A stretch of DNA of 64,000 nt, from the NCBI RefSeq assembly GCF_001194135.2, contig NC_068985.1, positions 93,058,102 to 93,122,101 on the forward strand, given 5' to 3'. Of this stretch, positions 51,901-60,078 are shown piece by piece. Within the stretch, counting starts at the first letter, position 1. Each line of letters starts with the position of its first letter. The notes beneath the pieces are model-generated. The model saw only the letters and a program-made list of their open reading frames with translations, was not told where the DNA came from and searched no databases. The position numbers were made by a program, and so were the translations under genes. The DNA comes from Octopus bimaculoides. Its lineage: Eukaryota.

Positions 51901-54900
51901 TTAGTTATCTATAGTCCGATGATATTTCAGAATACGATATCTTCTTCAGATATTCTTAGATGACGTCGCTGCTATAATCTGTTTTCCAATGGCTTTTCTT
52001 TTTTCGGAAGTGTCTCAGTAGTATTTAATCTTCTATACCATTTTGAGTAAGATGGTTTTTATAACCAGCTACTTATTTTTTATTGTTAATTACTTAACTA
52101 TGAAGCACTGGTGCTGGGGCCATGTAAAAAGCTCCCAGTGCACTCTGTAAAGTGTTTGACATTAACAAGGGCATCCAGCCATAGAAACCCTGCCAAAACA
52201 GAAGATGGAGCTTGGTGCAGCCCTTGGTCTTACTAGTTCCTGTCAAACCATCCAACCCATGCCAGCATGGAAAAATGGACGTTAAATGATGATGATGATG
52301 ATATTAGTGTTGAACCTATTGTTAATGTTTTTTGGCTCCAACTTATCTCTGTTCAGAAGATATTGCAGCCATGACCATCATAGCCAGTTTTGCTTTTCAA
52401 ACACTGAACTTGTAACCATAACATCCCAATATGTTCTTTTTTAAAAGAGGGATAGGGTATGATTTGCACGAGATTTAGCTGCTATTTCTTTTAAGTTGAG
52501 AATCCACATAGATAGACCCTCTCTCATTCTGGCTTGTTAAATGAGTGGATTGAGCAGAATTGTATTTTACTGACTGGTGCTCCATCATTTACAGTGACGA
52601 GTGTTCCAGTTGATCTGATCAATGGAACAGCCTGCTCGTGAAATTAATGTGGAAGTGACTGAGCACTCCACAGACAAAGTGTATGACAAGGCTGACCCTT
52701 TGAAATACAGGTACTACTTATTTTTGCCAGCTGAGTGATTTGGAGTAACATGAAATAAAGTATCATTCTGAAGGACATGACATGCCACTGAGAATTGAAC
52801 TCATCACCTTATGATCATGAACCACAAAGCCAGCACATTAACATTATAGCCATTGCTTCATCTCAACTGCACACTATCTCTGTCTTGTATGCAGCTCATT
52901 TCACTTTCTAACTTAATCCTGAAATTCATACTTGTCTCATCACTTTCCTGTTTGTGCTGGTCTTCCTTCAATCCATGTTCCTCCTGAATAAAGTTTTGAA
53001 CAGGAGTCTCTTCTAATTAGCCTGTCACTACTACAAATATCTGTTGCTGAAACTTTTACCTCTCCATGCCATCATTCCTTACCTTATTCTTACCTGTACT
53101 TTATGTAAAGGTACTTGCTTTCAGCTCTGGTTTTGATCAGTTTATTTTTAGCTAATTCTTGTAGGTGTCAGACGTATGCAGTTCTCTGACTGATTGGAAC
53201 AGATGTTTGGTGAAGTAGTTGATTAGTAACGTAGAAGTAGGATGTGATAAAACTAATTGGGGTCTGAAGGTTAATATCATGGATTTTCTCTCTCTCATAG
53301 GCAGATCAGAACACATGAAACGGTGTAAGTAGGGCAGTAGTTGCAGATTAAGACCTATTAAAGAGAAATCTCTTGAGGAGGAGAACTTTATTGATATTGC
53401 TCTCACACATTCCCCCATTAAAAACAAAGGATAGAAAAAAAAAAGAAAAAGAAATATGCCGATGAAAGGAATTAGAAGTTGCTATGCAAAAGAAGTTATT
53501 GAATTTATATCATATTTCTTATTTAAGTTTTTTAACACAGCATTTACTCCTTAAAGACTAATACAATCTCTTTGAAACTTTAACTATTGATCATTTCTGT
53601 TTAGTCTGGTATTAAATTTAAGTACTTGTACTGCTTTTGATCAAATCCGCTGACTTTTCTCACTAATTAAATTATTACTGCTCTCCTCTTTGTTTATTTT
53701 TTTTCCCACCTAACCTGAAATTACAATGGCCACCATTAATGTTGACAGCCACATGTCAAATCCATTTCAGTTCTTTTTTTTATCTTTTTTTTGTCATTGC
53801 ATTTTTTTAAAGCAGTTTTTTAAATTGCTCTTCTTTGTATGTTTTCTTGTTCGCTTTTTTTTTTTCACTCCAATTTTAATCATTTATTTTTTGTCTTCTC
53901 TGGAAAATTAACATCAATTATAGCAACAGCTTTAGAATAGATAATAGAGTGCTAAGAACATAGGTGTTGCAGAAGACTAAAATGTAAGAGTTTAAAAAAA
54001 AAATCCACAGCGTTACCAAGTAATATCTCATTTGTAAGGGTAAAAATAAAATTAATAGAATGAGATTTTCATTTTCTTGTTCGAATGAAAAATTGTTAAT
54101 ACTAGTGGATATAGTTGTTTGTGGAGCGCTTTAGTTGTAATTAATTTTCACTTTCAATGATGTTGGTAGCTTCTTTACTTTGTTTTATTTTCAAGTTTTT
54201 AGAAACATAACTATCTTTATTTCAACAAAGGTTTTTTTTTTATATAATTTTCTGTTCCTTTTGTGTATTTTATACAGATTTGTTTCATATATTTTTATGT
54301 CTAATTAATGTGGTTTCATTTTTATTCATACAGGATCTGTAATATATTGAAACAATCCTTTTAATTCCATGTGTACCAAGGCAAATGTTTTCTCCAATGA
54401 AACAAGCAAAATTTGAAAATATTAGCTAAATGTTTACATCCAGAAATAGAAAGCAACTTCTGTATATTTCCCATAACTTATTGATTCAATCCACCCTTAT
54501 CCATTTTTTACTGGCTGCTTTGATAAAATAGCTACAAGTTGTAGACGATGAGGCATTTGGTCATCTCTCTAGTTTGATTAACTTTTATATTAGTTTTTTT
54601 TTTAAATGAGGCATGATGCAGCCAGGCTGATTGCCCAGGTCAGTCTGACTACCTCTCTCCATCCCTCCTTATCATCCATTAGTGTTTTTAAGTTTTCAAC
54701 TTGGCATCCAACTTGGCAAGATGTTATATATATAATCATCTTCCATGGTCTTCCAGCCAGTGTGGTACCATAATTTGGTGTCCACAGCAACACTTTCTTC
54801 TTTACTTCTCCAACAGTGGTCAGCAAACCTCAATCTCCACAAGTCAGCTACAGAACCATTTTATTAGTACCTTTTCCTATCATTAATGTCCTTCTGTCCT

Positions 54901-57260
54901 GTCATCTTAGCACTGTTGTGCTCTTTTGTGGTTCACCTTCGAACATGAAAAAATCATGGGTCAAAGTTTAGTCTTCCTTTTCAGTTAGCAAACTTATTTT
55001 TGATAGACTGGTATCCTAATCAGAGTGGGAGGGTGTCTGTCTTTACCTCTTCCACTTGAAGCTCCAGGAACCAGAACACTGACAGAGCTTCTACATAGTT
55101 ATTCAACATACTTATCTTCCCCAGATCGCATTCTTCTCTCCTGTGAAAATAGTTCATATTCAATATTGAAGTCCTAGAAGCACTATGCCTGAAAAATTAA
55201 GGAATGGTTTTTGTCAAAGAGTTGCTCAATCAGGGCTGACTTGGAGCTGACAATAAAATCCAGGTGTAAATGCTTATCCATTGGTTTGTGGAGATCTGTG
55301 AAAGAAAATGATGACACTCTTATGAGTCATTGTAAGCATTACATCCTAGAGGACTTGAACAATATCTGTTTTACATTTAGTGTTATGAGAGATAATATGG
55401 GACAATGTATTTTTGTCTGATAATATCATAGGTAATGTCTGATAATATTATATTGGTACAGTATATTTTTATCCAAATTTAAAGCTACATATTCAAAATA
55501 ATGAAGTGGATATTAATTTTTAAAATGAAATTAAATTTCCTGTTTGAATATTAGCAATAAATATATTACCAATAGTGTTTAAGTATCAATTAATTACAGA
55601 AGTAACATCACCTGAGACACATTTTATTTTTCATCTTTTAGTTAAGATGGAAGGAAGTGCACTTCTGACTCTTTACTGGGCTTCCATGACTGATGTATGT
55701 GTTGGGGGAAAAAATTTTCAAAGTGAGGGTTTATAAGTTGCCACATGATGGTGTGAGACCATGTGACAGATTAAATCTACCACCCACAGAGACAAAAGTA
55801 TATTCCCAGCATTATACGTTATATGATGACACTTGTTATATTAGAAAAATAAATTCATTAAGCTCATACTTATATCTTTTAGGGAGGACAAACAGGGAGA
55901 TATGGTGACACACTGCCAACTCCCAAGACTACTTCATTGTTCACTTAGTTGATTTATAGAATCTATTCTACCACCACCAAGTTTTAAAATGATCATCTTT
56001 AAAGTCCTGACCTTTCTCTGTATTTTAGTTTATAAGACATTGGTTTAATTTTTCACCCATTTTCATTAGCAAAAAAAATTGAAACTGAGAAAAAAAAAAC
56101 ACAACCTAATTTTTTTTCATTTTTCCTTTTCTGCGAAAAAGGAAGAAATTTGTTGACTGCTGTATGTCAAAAAAAAAAAAAAAATGGTTAAAATGTCTTT
56201 TTTTGCAAACATTAAATCACATTGAAAATCTCTAAGTCACTTAAACTATGTCACTTTTCATTCCTTTTAGCTGTTTGAGAGAAAAATGTAATAATAAAAA
56301 TATTTTTAAAAATCACTTTCTGAAACAGTTAATAACAAACAAAATTACTTCAGTATTTCTCATCATTTTCTTTATTATTATTATAAATACTAATTGTATG
56401 CATAAAATTTTCTTCCTGAATACTACAATTAACAAGAAATTGTAACTAGGCACACAAACTGGCAAAACTTTAAAACCCTACAGTAAGATCATACAGAAAA
56501 ACAAAAAGAACCTGAATCTTAGTGATTTTTTTTTCTTCTCTCTACAATATAGATACTCATAATAGTGTTGATGATAAAATTGTTAGCAAGAACCAATATT
56601 CTGTTTCACAAATCTTTCTGTTACATATTGCCATATTGGATTCTGATTTCTTAGTTCAAAACTTATTCAGGAGAAAAAAAAAAAAATAGGATTCTTACAC
56701 TTAAGTTTCTGTGTTTTTTAATGTTTAACATGCAAAACTAAAACATACAGATAGGGTCTTCCCCACTTTTTCCCTTTATTTGAACATTAATTTGCTTCCC
56801 TGCTTTATTCTTATTCGTTTATCTTGATTTCATGGAGGAAAGCAAATTTCAATTTTATTTTTTATTTTACTTTGTTTATATGTTAATAGTATTTTGCTAT
56901 TACTATTATGAATATTATTATTATTATTATTTTGACTAGAAAACCGTAAATTTTGCATGAAACTCAGGCTCTTTATTATACGCATGTCAGTGTGCATAGG
57001 TTTCTTTCTGATGTTGTATGTCTTTGTGCCATTATTTTCAGAATGGAATGGTAGGGGACTACCTTGAACGTGCGCCCAGCCGTCCATGCAGCCGAGCCGG
57101 TAAGACACCACCCCCTCCACCAGTGCGTACCTCCAGCCGGGGGGCCACCGACTCTGCTGCCGCCGCTACTTTGTCATTAGAAAACCATGCCCCTCCATTG
57201 CCTGCACGTCTCTATGGCTCTCAGGACTTGCCTAATTATACACCTTCTCCAGGTGTGTAG
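5619..57260 (+). CDS. NPHS1: Multi-exon gene (5' part lies outside the window): nephrin/Sns/Hibris/SYG-2-like Ig-superfamily adhesion receptor (last Ig domain, FN3, TM, ~236-aa cytoplasmic tail)
   Basis: Seven AG/GT-bounded exons join in frame (phases 0-1, 1-1, 1-1, 1-0, 0-1, 1-0, 0-stop). The Ig C-terminal motif DYGKYLCKAKN is followed by SKPDPP...WQPGFNGG...YVDV, which resembles nephrin SRPDPP...WKPGFDGG...YVDV. The TM has the internal Asn (LLALNIGL) and basic stop-transfer RRKRKR typical of nephrin/Sns. Orthology is recalled similarity, not a search result. Confidence 0.8.
6536..6721 (+). CDS. Exon: FN3 domain strands A-E (SKPDPPYNIKFVNATHNSLTLTWQPGFNGGMTQSFRVRYRPKGTTNYKYVDVGPGSNVYLLT)
   Basis: Acceptor ttctttctattaactcctag, donor G|gtaagt. 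FN3 hallmarks PDPP, LTW, GFNGG, F-x-V-x-Y. 186 nt, phase 1-1. Not in the ORF track because it has no start codon. Confidence 0.95.
6776..7173 (+). mobile_element. Head-to-tail dimer of SINE 'family 2' with a single 17-bp TSD
   Basis: Two copies of ...ctgagttcaaattccgccgaggtcaactttgcc...cggggt.gataaattaagtaccag.... Flanked by attatttgttctgtgaa at 6759-6775 and 7174-7190. The core resembles the Meta/MESC SINE domain (from memory). Confidence 0.85.
7400..7746 (+). mobile_element. Two tandem short RTE-3'UTR-derived repeats with (GAT)n tails
   Basis: Motifs gggcatccagc.atagaaac and cccatgccagcatggaaagc..gttaaa.gatgatgat, shared with 59443-59600. Confidence 0.7.
13094..13565. mobile_element. hAT/Charlie-type MITE with an internal (AT)n(AC)n tract
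   Basis: Left end cagtttccaacctggggtccatggaccc, right end ggggtccatgg...ggttgggaatgactgttgggaaccactg. The termini match CAGTGGTTCCCAACC-type TIRs. Imperfect 8-bp TSD gtatagat/ctgtagat. Confidence 0.7.
13956..14117 (+). CDS. Exon: juxtamembrane stalk + transmembrane helix + basic stop-transfer (DLNPPEEHDAAPPQDSDDMPLIIILVVCIVGIFLLALNIGLIMFFIRRKRKRLE)
   Basis: Long poly-T acceptor ending tttag, donor A|gtaagt. About 26 hydrophobic residues followed by RRKRKR. 162 nt, phase 1-1. Confidence 0.95.
15651..15693. repeat. (AAT)n microsatellite
   Basis: Perfect aataataat run. Confidence 0.9.
16632..16667. repeat. (AC)n microsatellite
   Basis: Perfect acacac run. Confidence 0.9.
17930..18880 (-). mobile_element. 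Decayed RTE-clade LINE: RT C-terminal half and 3' end
   Basis: Minus strand reads WQLLYADDRVLIMESAEDVEKKF (YADD at 18809-18820), then GELIS.GSEYCESMVARAG, then GRPRKT..VVKTDLKMLH. Many stops and frameshifts. Confidence 0.85.
18893..19140 (-). mobile_element. Dispersed repeat with an RTE-like tail, abutting the RTE relic; other copies at ~1733-1960 and ~31930-32200
   Basis: Shared motifs ggatgc.cttt.ct.t.gc.aacc, catggcc.(a)gacatgtt and catttacaac in three places. Confidence 0.6.
19200..19660 (+). mobile_element. Second, oppositely oriented RTE-clade (RTE-1/BovB-like) LINE fragment
   Basis: Plus-strand peptides TKYMES, EVKEYIFL and WKVFASIKDVLKAQLNKILLANLFNSNVLPALLYVSETC resemble RTE EEVDEYVYLG..W.AF..IKDVL....ANLFNSTVLPAMLYGSETW. 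Confidence 0.7.
21250..21615 (+). mobile_element. Older, diverged SINE family 1 copy
   Basis: ggttcagtcccactg...gtggatttggtagacagaaactgaaagaagc...gatagaataagtacc. Confidence 0.75.
21640..21850 (+). repeat. Dispersed repeat ('gatttg.ctgctatttctagcagg' family); other copies near 12770-13010, 22190-22440, 35870-36070, 41905-42115, 52310-52520
   Basis: Recurrent motif gctatttctagcagg.tgag.gacca..tagag.ctcc at 6 positions. Confidence 0.6.
23394..23591 (+). mobile_element. SINE family 1, 5' half, cut by the assembly gap inside its (AT)n tract
   Basis: Same head and body as 30070. (AT)n runs into the N block. Confidence 0.85.
23592..23996. other. Assembly gap (405 N)
   Basis: Run of N bases starting inside an (AT)n microsatellite. 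Confidence 0.99.
24218..24447 (-). mobile_element. SINE family 2
   Basis: ctggtacttaatttatcgaccccgaaaggatgaaagcaaagttgacctcggtggaatttgaa...gctaacgtttctgccagctcacc. Confidence 0.85.
26560..27260 (-). mobile_element. Possible highly decayed PLE (RT/GIY-YIG) relic
   Basis: Weak minus-strand peptide resemblances: SRKHPNLK to N..HPNIKF, SFSPG, and GTTPRLLIEHV to G.T.R.L..EH+. Heavily frameshifted. Confidence 0.3.
28862..28933 (+). CDS. Candidate 72-nt cassette exon in the cytoplasmic juxtamembrane region (RHLEWYALHSSNHSGTNETIPRQR)
   Basis: ccattgtag acceptor (weak pyrimidine tract) and CGAG|gtaatt donor. Phase 1-1, length divisible by 3, open in the frame of the flanking exons. Sits in a non-repeat island of higher GC. 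Confidence 0.35.
30070..30460 (+). mobile_element. Full-length tRNA-derived SINE 'family 1' with an internal (TG)n microsatellite
   Basis: Head ggagtggctgtgtggtaag...gggttcagtccc, body gggcaagtgtcttctactatagcctcgggccgacc, tail gaaacaagtaaaaga. Near-identical copies at 23394-23591 and 62041-62414. May correspond to the described octopus OR-type SINEs (not verified). Confidence 0.85.
32800..33158 (-). mobile_element. tRNA-derived SINE 'family 3'
   Basis: Minus-strand head gtggaggtgcaatggcccagtggttagggcagc...ttgattccc. Body ccagttgat.cgatcaa.ggaacagcctgctc.tgaaattaa is shared with 52590-52865. Confidence 0.8.
33188..33397 (-). mobile_element. SINE family 2 embedded in (TA)n
   Basis: Same core as 24218, with (TA)n on both sides. 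Confidence 0.85.
34490..35280 (-). mobile_element. Decayed CR1/Jockey-group LINE 3' region
   Basis: Minus strand reads ADLLNILQW..NLVSMNMKKT, SLQKLSMTFTEDPS*, and ORF 34844..35059 ...LYKAQMIPTIEGSS, resembling LYKAQIRP.MEYCS. It ends LWNS(F)P...FKRNIN. Confidence 0.75.
39955..39990. repeat. (TA)n microsatellite
   Basis: Perfect tatata run. Similar tracts at 13174-13211, 33161-33186 and 63873-63895. Confidence 0.9.
39992..40202 (+). mobile_element. RTE-3'UTR-derived repeat directly after a (TA)n tract
   Basis: ggtggcatgtaaaaatcacccactacactctaggagtggttggcattaggaagggcatccagctgtagaaac...gttaaacgatgatgatg. Confidence 0.8.
41780..43345 (+). repeat. Cluster of about six degenerate same-strand SINE family 2 remnants
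   Basis: Recurrent ttt.catcc/cctt...gataaa..aagtacc(a/t) cores near 41870, 42430, 42670, 42860, 43060 and 43250. Confidence 0.6.
44153..44173 (+). CDS. Candidate 21-nt microexon (SQNLTDT)
   Basis: T-rich acceptor ttttactttattatttag, donor CAT|gtaact. Phase 1-1 and frame-preserving. No other support. Confidence 0.2.
44922..45082 (+). CDS. Cytoplasmic exon (NGSDTTSHTNTFELFGSTKESHLYPMSPSEDARSYDTYDKSLDEFSDECSKNYE)
   Basis: Acceptor tcttttcacag, donor GAG|gtatgt. Open in phase 1, matching the TM exon, and ends in phase 0, matching 46951. Confidence 0.85.
46500..46877 (+). mobile_element. Composite A: inverted dimer of a tRNA-head/hammerhead SINE (inverted 3' fragment 46512-46588 + full forward copy 46589-46864) with 14-bp TSD
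   Basis: Direct repeat atttcttgttttta at 46500-46513 and 46864-46877. The forward copy has a tRNA-like head (box A-like tagcatggtgg, box B-like gagtccaatcc), (AAT)n, a hammerhead-like core and a 3' tail ...ttaaatatagaactgta. Confidence 0.9.
46727..46774 (+). ncRNA. Hammerhead-like motif, sense to the host pre-mRNA (degenerate)
   Basis: aagacac-CTGATGA-a-ggctg-gagggtgtat-caacc-GAAAC-att-gtgtt, with one mismatch in stem II and GTT changed to ATT. Confidence 0.55.
46951..47119 (+). CDS. Cytoplasmic exon (DEDMKRVFLPPHDYSDRPYTPCKQDSPHVEPKRIYMDSPNRQIAYLDDSDTRLPNE)
   Basis: Acceptor tttttgccatttcag, donor G|gtgagt. Phase 0-1. Matches ORF 46939..47127. Confidence 0.88.
47560..47860. repeat. Repeat ending in a 17-bp-stem hairpin (catagcatggcagtctt-ggttt-aggactgccatgttatg)
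   Basis: Hairpin at 47816-47854. Its internal segment 47675-47800 recurs in inverted orientation at 48341-48463. Confidence 0.55.
48098..48640. mobile_element. Composite B: inverted full SINE copy 48111-48340 + ~125-bp foreign spacer + forward 3' half 48466-48627, with 15-bp TSD
   Basis: Direct repeat tatgctagaaattgt at 48098-48112 and 48626-48640. The minus-strand head reads gggcacatggcatagtggttaagagc...gagttcgattcc, with canonical Pol III boxes A and B. Confidence 0.9.
48161..48207 (-). ncRNA. Minimal type-I hammerhead-ribozyme-like motif (best-preserved copy)
   Basis: Minus strand reads aagacac-CTGATGA-a-GGCTG-gagggtatat-CAGCC-GAAAC-att-gtgt. It has the conserved core, a perfect 5-bp stem II, and stem I acac/gtgt. 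This copy has A where the family consensus has G (GAAAC-GTT), consistent with CpG decay. Confidence 0.65.
49334..49805 (+). mobile_element. Composite C: inverted arm 49341-49528 fused head-to-head to full forward copy 49530-49797, with 10-bp TSD
   Basis: Direct repeat tagtgtcaca at 49334-49343 and 49796-49805. About 190-bp near-perfect inverted arms. Same sequence family as A and B. Confidence 0.9.
49669..49716 (+). ncRNA. Hammerhead-like motif, sense to the host pre-mRNA (core mutated)
   Basis: aagacac-CTGATGA-a-ggctg-gagggtatat-cagcc-aaaat-gat-gtgtt. Stems I and II are intact, but GAAAC is mutated. Confidence 0.45.
50010..50146 (+). CDS. Cytoplasmic exon (DLYMTPKKKTETFEPNHYGVIRGKTPPGNIYEDTNWSRQEQNSRMR)
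   Basis: Acceptor ttttctctgatag, donor CGA|gtaagt. Phase 1-0. Matches ORF 49985..50200. Confidence 0.88.
52112..52302 (+). mobile_element. RTE-3'UTR-derived repeat with (GAT)n tail
   Basis: Same family motifs (gggcatccagccatagaaac...ccaacccatgccagcatggaaa..ggacgttaaatgatgatgat). Confidence 0.8.
52590..52865 (-). mobile_element. SINE family 3, diverged copy
   Basis: ccagttgatctgatcaatggaacagcctgctcgtgaaattaatgtggaagtgactgagcactccacagac matches 32835-32905. Confidence 0.7.
54600..54960 (-). mobile_element. RTE/RTEX-like LINE 3' end relic
   Basis: Minus strand reads RLRFADHCWRSKEE, then VLLWTPNYG...GRP...GCQVENLKTLMDDKEGWREVV (ORF 54602..54826), matching the typical RTE C-terminus. Confidence 0.75.
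57042..57260 (+). CDS. Proline-rich cytoplasmic exon, possibly terminal (NGMVGDYLERAPSRPCSRAGKTPPPPPVRTSSRGATDSAAAATLSLENHAPPLPARLYGSQDLPNYTPSPGV*)
   Basis: Acceptor attattttcag, phase 0. Sharp GC-rich island in an AT-rich context. Ends at TAG 57258-57260, or splices at CCAG|gtgtgt after 57252. Confidence 0.88.
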   Translation, partial: NGMVGDYLERAPSRPCSRAGKTPPPPPVRTSSRGATDSAAAATLSLENHAPPLPARLYGSQDLPNYTPSPGV

Positions 57261-59442
57261 TTTACTGTAGTTACAGTTGAAACACTTGTATATTATTCTC
57301 TCTATGGTTATCCTAGGAAACTACCTTTTTTATTAATAATTTCAAAACCATTATTGGTGAAGGGAAAACATTCCCCAAAGCACAAACTCTCTCTTTTCTT
57401 CTTTCTGAGGCTATTTATTAAACCCATGCTTCTTCGTACTAATACATTAATTACTAACAGTAACTTCATAATGAAATGTCAGCTTAAGTCTTGTGTAATA
57501 ATATATCTCACATTTTTACAATTTATTTTACTATATTTTTCTGTGTTTCATTTAACAAGTAGTATCAGAATATCAGAGAAGTGTAGTCAGAAATCAGATT
57601 GAGTCTAAAAGTCTCTCTAGGGAAAATATGTTATATGTTAACAAAAACCTATCAATTGTTTTGGCTAGCAATTTACCATGTTCTCTCTTTTTCTTGTTCA
57701 TGTCAAAAATCTAATATGTATCAAGCTTTTTATAACTTTCTACACATCTGAAGGCTACCACATAGATTTCCAAGTTATTAATTGTAATAGTACCTCATTG
57801 TTCTCCCATTTACTAATACCATTCTACACCAACTCTCCAGCTGTAAGTCTCCTATGCATTTTGCTTCATCTCAGCCTTTGACTTCATTCTATCTAATTGC
57901 AGTTTTACTCTTGACTTTTTACATTTTATTCCATTTGTCGACTAGAGCTACGTATATCTTCCTCTTTTGTTTCTATTCTTGAATCTCCTGTTCTTTCACT
58001 TTCAATTTATTAATATTGGTCTGTTGTTGCCTTTGCTATATTCATACATAAGTTTGTTGCTGGTCAGCTGCCATGTCACATTACCACATATTTTATTACT
58101 GGCAAAAGACATGCAATTAATTTACATACCTACATACACTTTCACTTTTAAATTTGTAATCATTTGGCTGTTTTTTGATTTGTAGTTCTTTGAACTACTT
58201 CCTTTTTCTAGTTTTACTTTTCCACCCTGCTGTGTGTGTGCGTGTGTGTCTTAGTGTTTCTATAGTTAGCTGCTCTCATACTGACTGATATATAATGGCG
58301 TTTGCAATGTTTCCGCTAATCTTGGTATATTTTTCTTAACTTTACCAAACTGGCTGTGATCAATTAGTTTCAATACTACAAATACAATGCTGATCCTAGT
58401 TTACCGAAACTTAACTTTCAATTTACATGAAATGCTACTGATGGTGTACGTTAATATCTCGTGTAAAGTAAAGTACAAATGAAGCTTCCAGAATACCCCA
58501 TGAGTGTTGTGTGATTCAGTTTTCATTCCCATTATGAATTACATCTTTGAGGTTGCTAAAGTCCATATGAATGGCAGGAACACAGCATTTCCAACACAAT
58601 GAAGATGAGGGAAGAAAATTACCCTCTATTTTGCAAATGACCCTTTATTTCTATGTTATTTGTGTAATATTTCTTTACATCAAGTTTGACAAGTATTTCT
58701 CTTTGCTGTTTATAACAATTGACTTAAAACTCAAAGTTTTCCAATCTTAGTAACTTTCTGATAATTTTTCTTTCTAAAAAGATGCATAGACAGGTTTTGA
58801 ATATACTGTGCCCTTGAAATTATTTTACTGATTCATAAATATAGAGGGGATAGTCTATAGGGATTATGTTAAATAAATATAAGTAATGCAACAATTTCTC
58901 TGAGCAATCTTCTCAAATTGTGTAAAGTTATTCATGATGGCCAGAGGTAGACTGTGATGAATATTAACTTTGAATTTAATGTTGTTATTGTTTGGTCATC
59001 TTCAATTAACTCCACAATACTTGACTAATTGCAGTTTATTAATATTTGAATTATGTATCATGTCTAACCTACTTATATATCTCACTGTATCAGCCAGACT
59101 ATTGAATGCTGCTATACACCACTAGTGATGATGCCACTTCACTGGCGAACAGGCCATCATTCCCTCTGATCAGGATGCTAGGCTGCTGCAAGGTTATCCA
59201 TTTACAGCCAAGTGGACTTAGCAGTAATAAAATAAAGCAAAGCTTTATAGAAAATTCTTTTTTCTTAAACTAATTTTCACATCCACTCTATAGTCTAAAA
59301 TTTAAGCCGAAATTTTTGACTAAAAGGATGTGGGGTGTGGGGGGTGTGGAGGGAATATTTACTTCTTACTCAGATTGTCAGTGTAAGAGATATGCAATTT
59401 CTGAATGTCTGTTCTGAATTTGTAATGGATTTTGTTTGATGA

Positions 59443-60078
59443 ACCATCATCATTGTTTAACGTCCGTTTTCTATGCTAGCATGGGTTGGACGGTTCAACT
59501 GGGATCTGGGAAGCCAGGAGGTTGCACCAGGCTCCAGTCTGATCTGCAGTGTTTCTACAGCTGGATGCCCTTCCTAACACCAACCACTCCATGAGTGTAG
59601 TGGATGCTAGTCAAGGCGGCACTTGGTCACATTCGGATGGTGCTTTTTAAATGCCACCAGCACAGGAGGCTGGCAACGGCCATGATTGGTTGGTGCTTTT
59701 TTATGTGCCACCAGCACGGAAGCCAGTCAAAGCGGCACTGGCATTGGCCACATTCAAATGGTGCTTTTTACGTGCCACTGGCACAGGTATCACAACTACA
59801 ATTTCCATTTGATTTTCATTTTGATGTTGATGTACTTGACTCAATAGGTCTCCTCAAACATAGCATGTCGCCCTATGATCCAAGGTACATTTGAATGGGC
59901 TGGGGCTAGTTATGCGAAACTGGTGTAGGATACAGCCATGAACTCACTTTATTTGCCAGGGTCTTCGCAGTCACAGCACATCTCCAAAGGTCTTGGTCTT
60001 TCATCATTGCCTCTGTGAGGCTCAACATTCGAAGGTCATGCTTTCACCACCTCATCCCATGTCTTCCTGGGTCTACCA
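59443..60078 (-). mobile_element. 5'-truncated RTE LINE: ORF end + 3'UTR with three internal repeats + (GAT)n tail
   Basis: Minus strand reads GRPRKTWDEVVK-DLRMLSLTEAMMKDQDLWRCAVTAKT, followed by a UTR with three ggtgcttttta..tgccac..gcac units. It ends in ...gaaaacggacgttaaacaatgatgatg. Confidence 0.85.
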
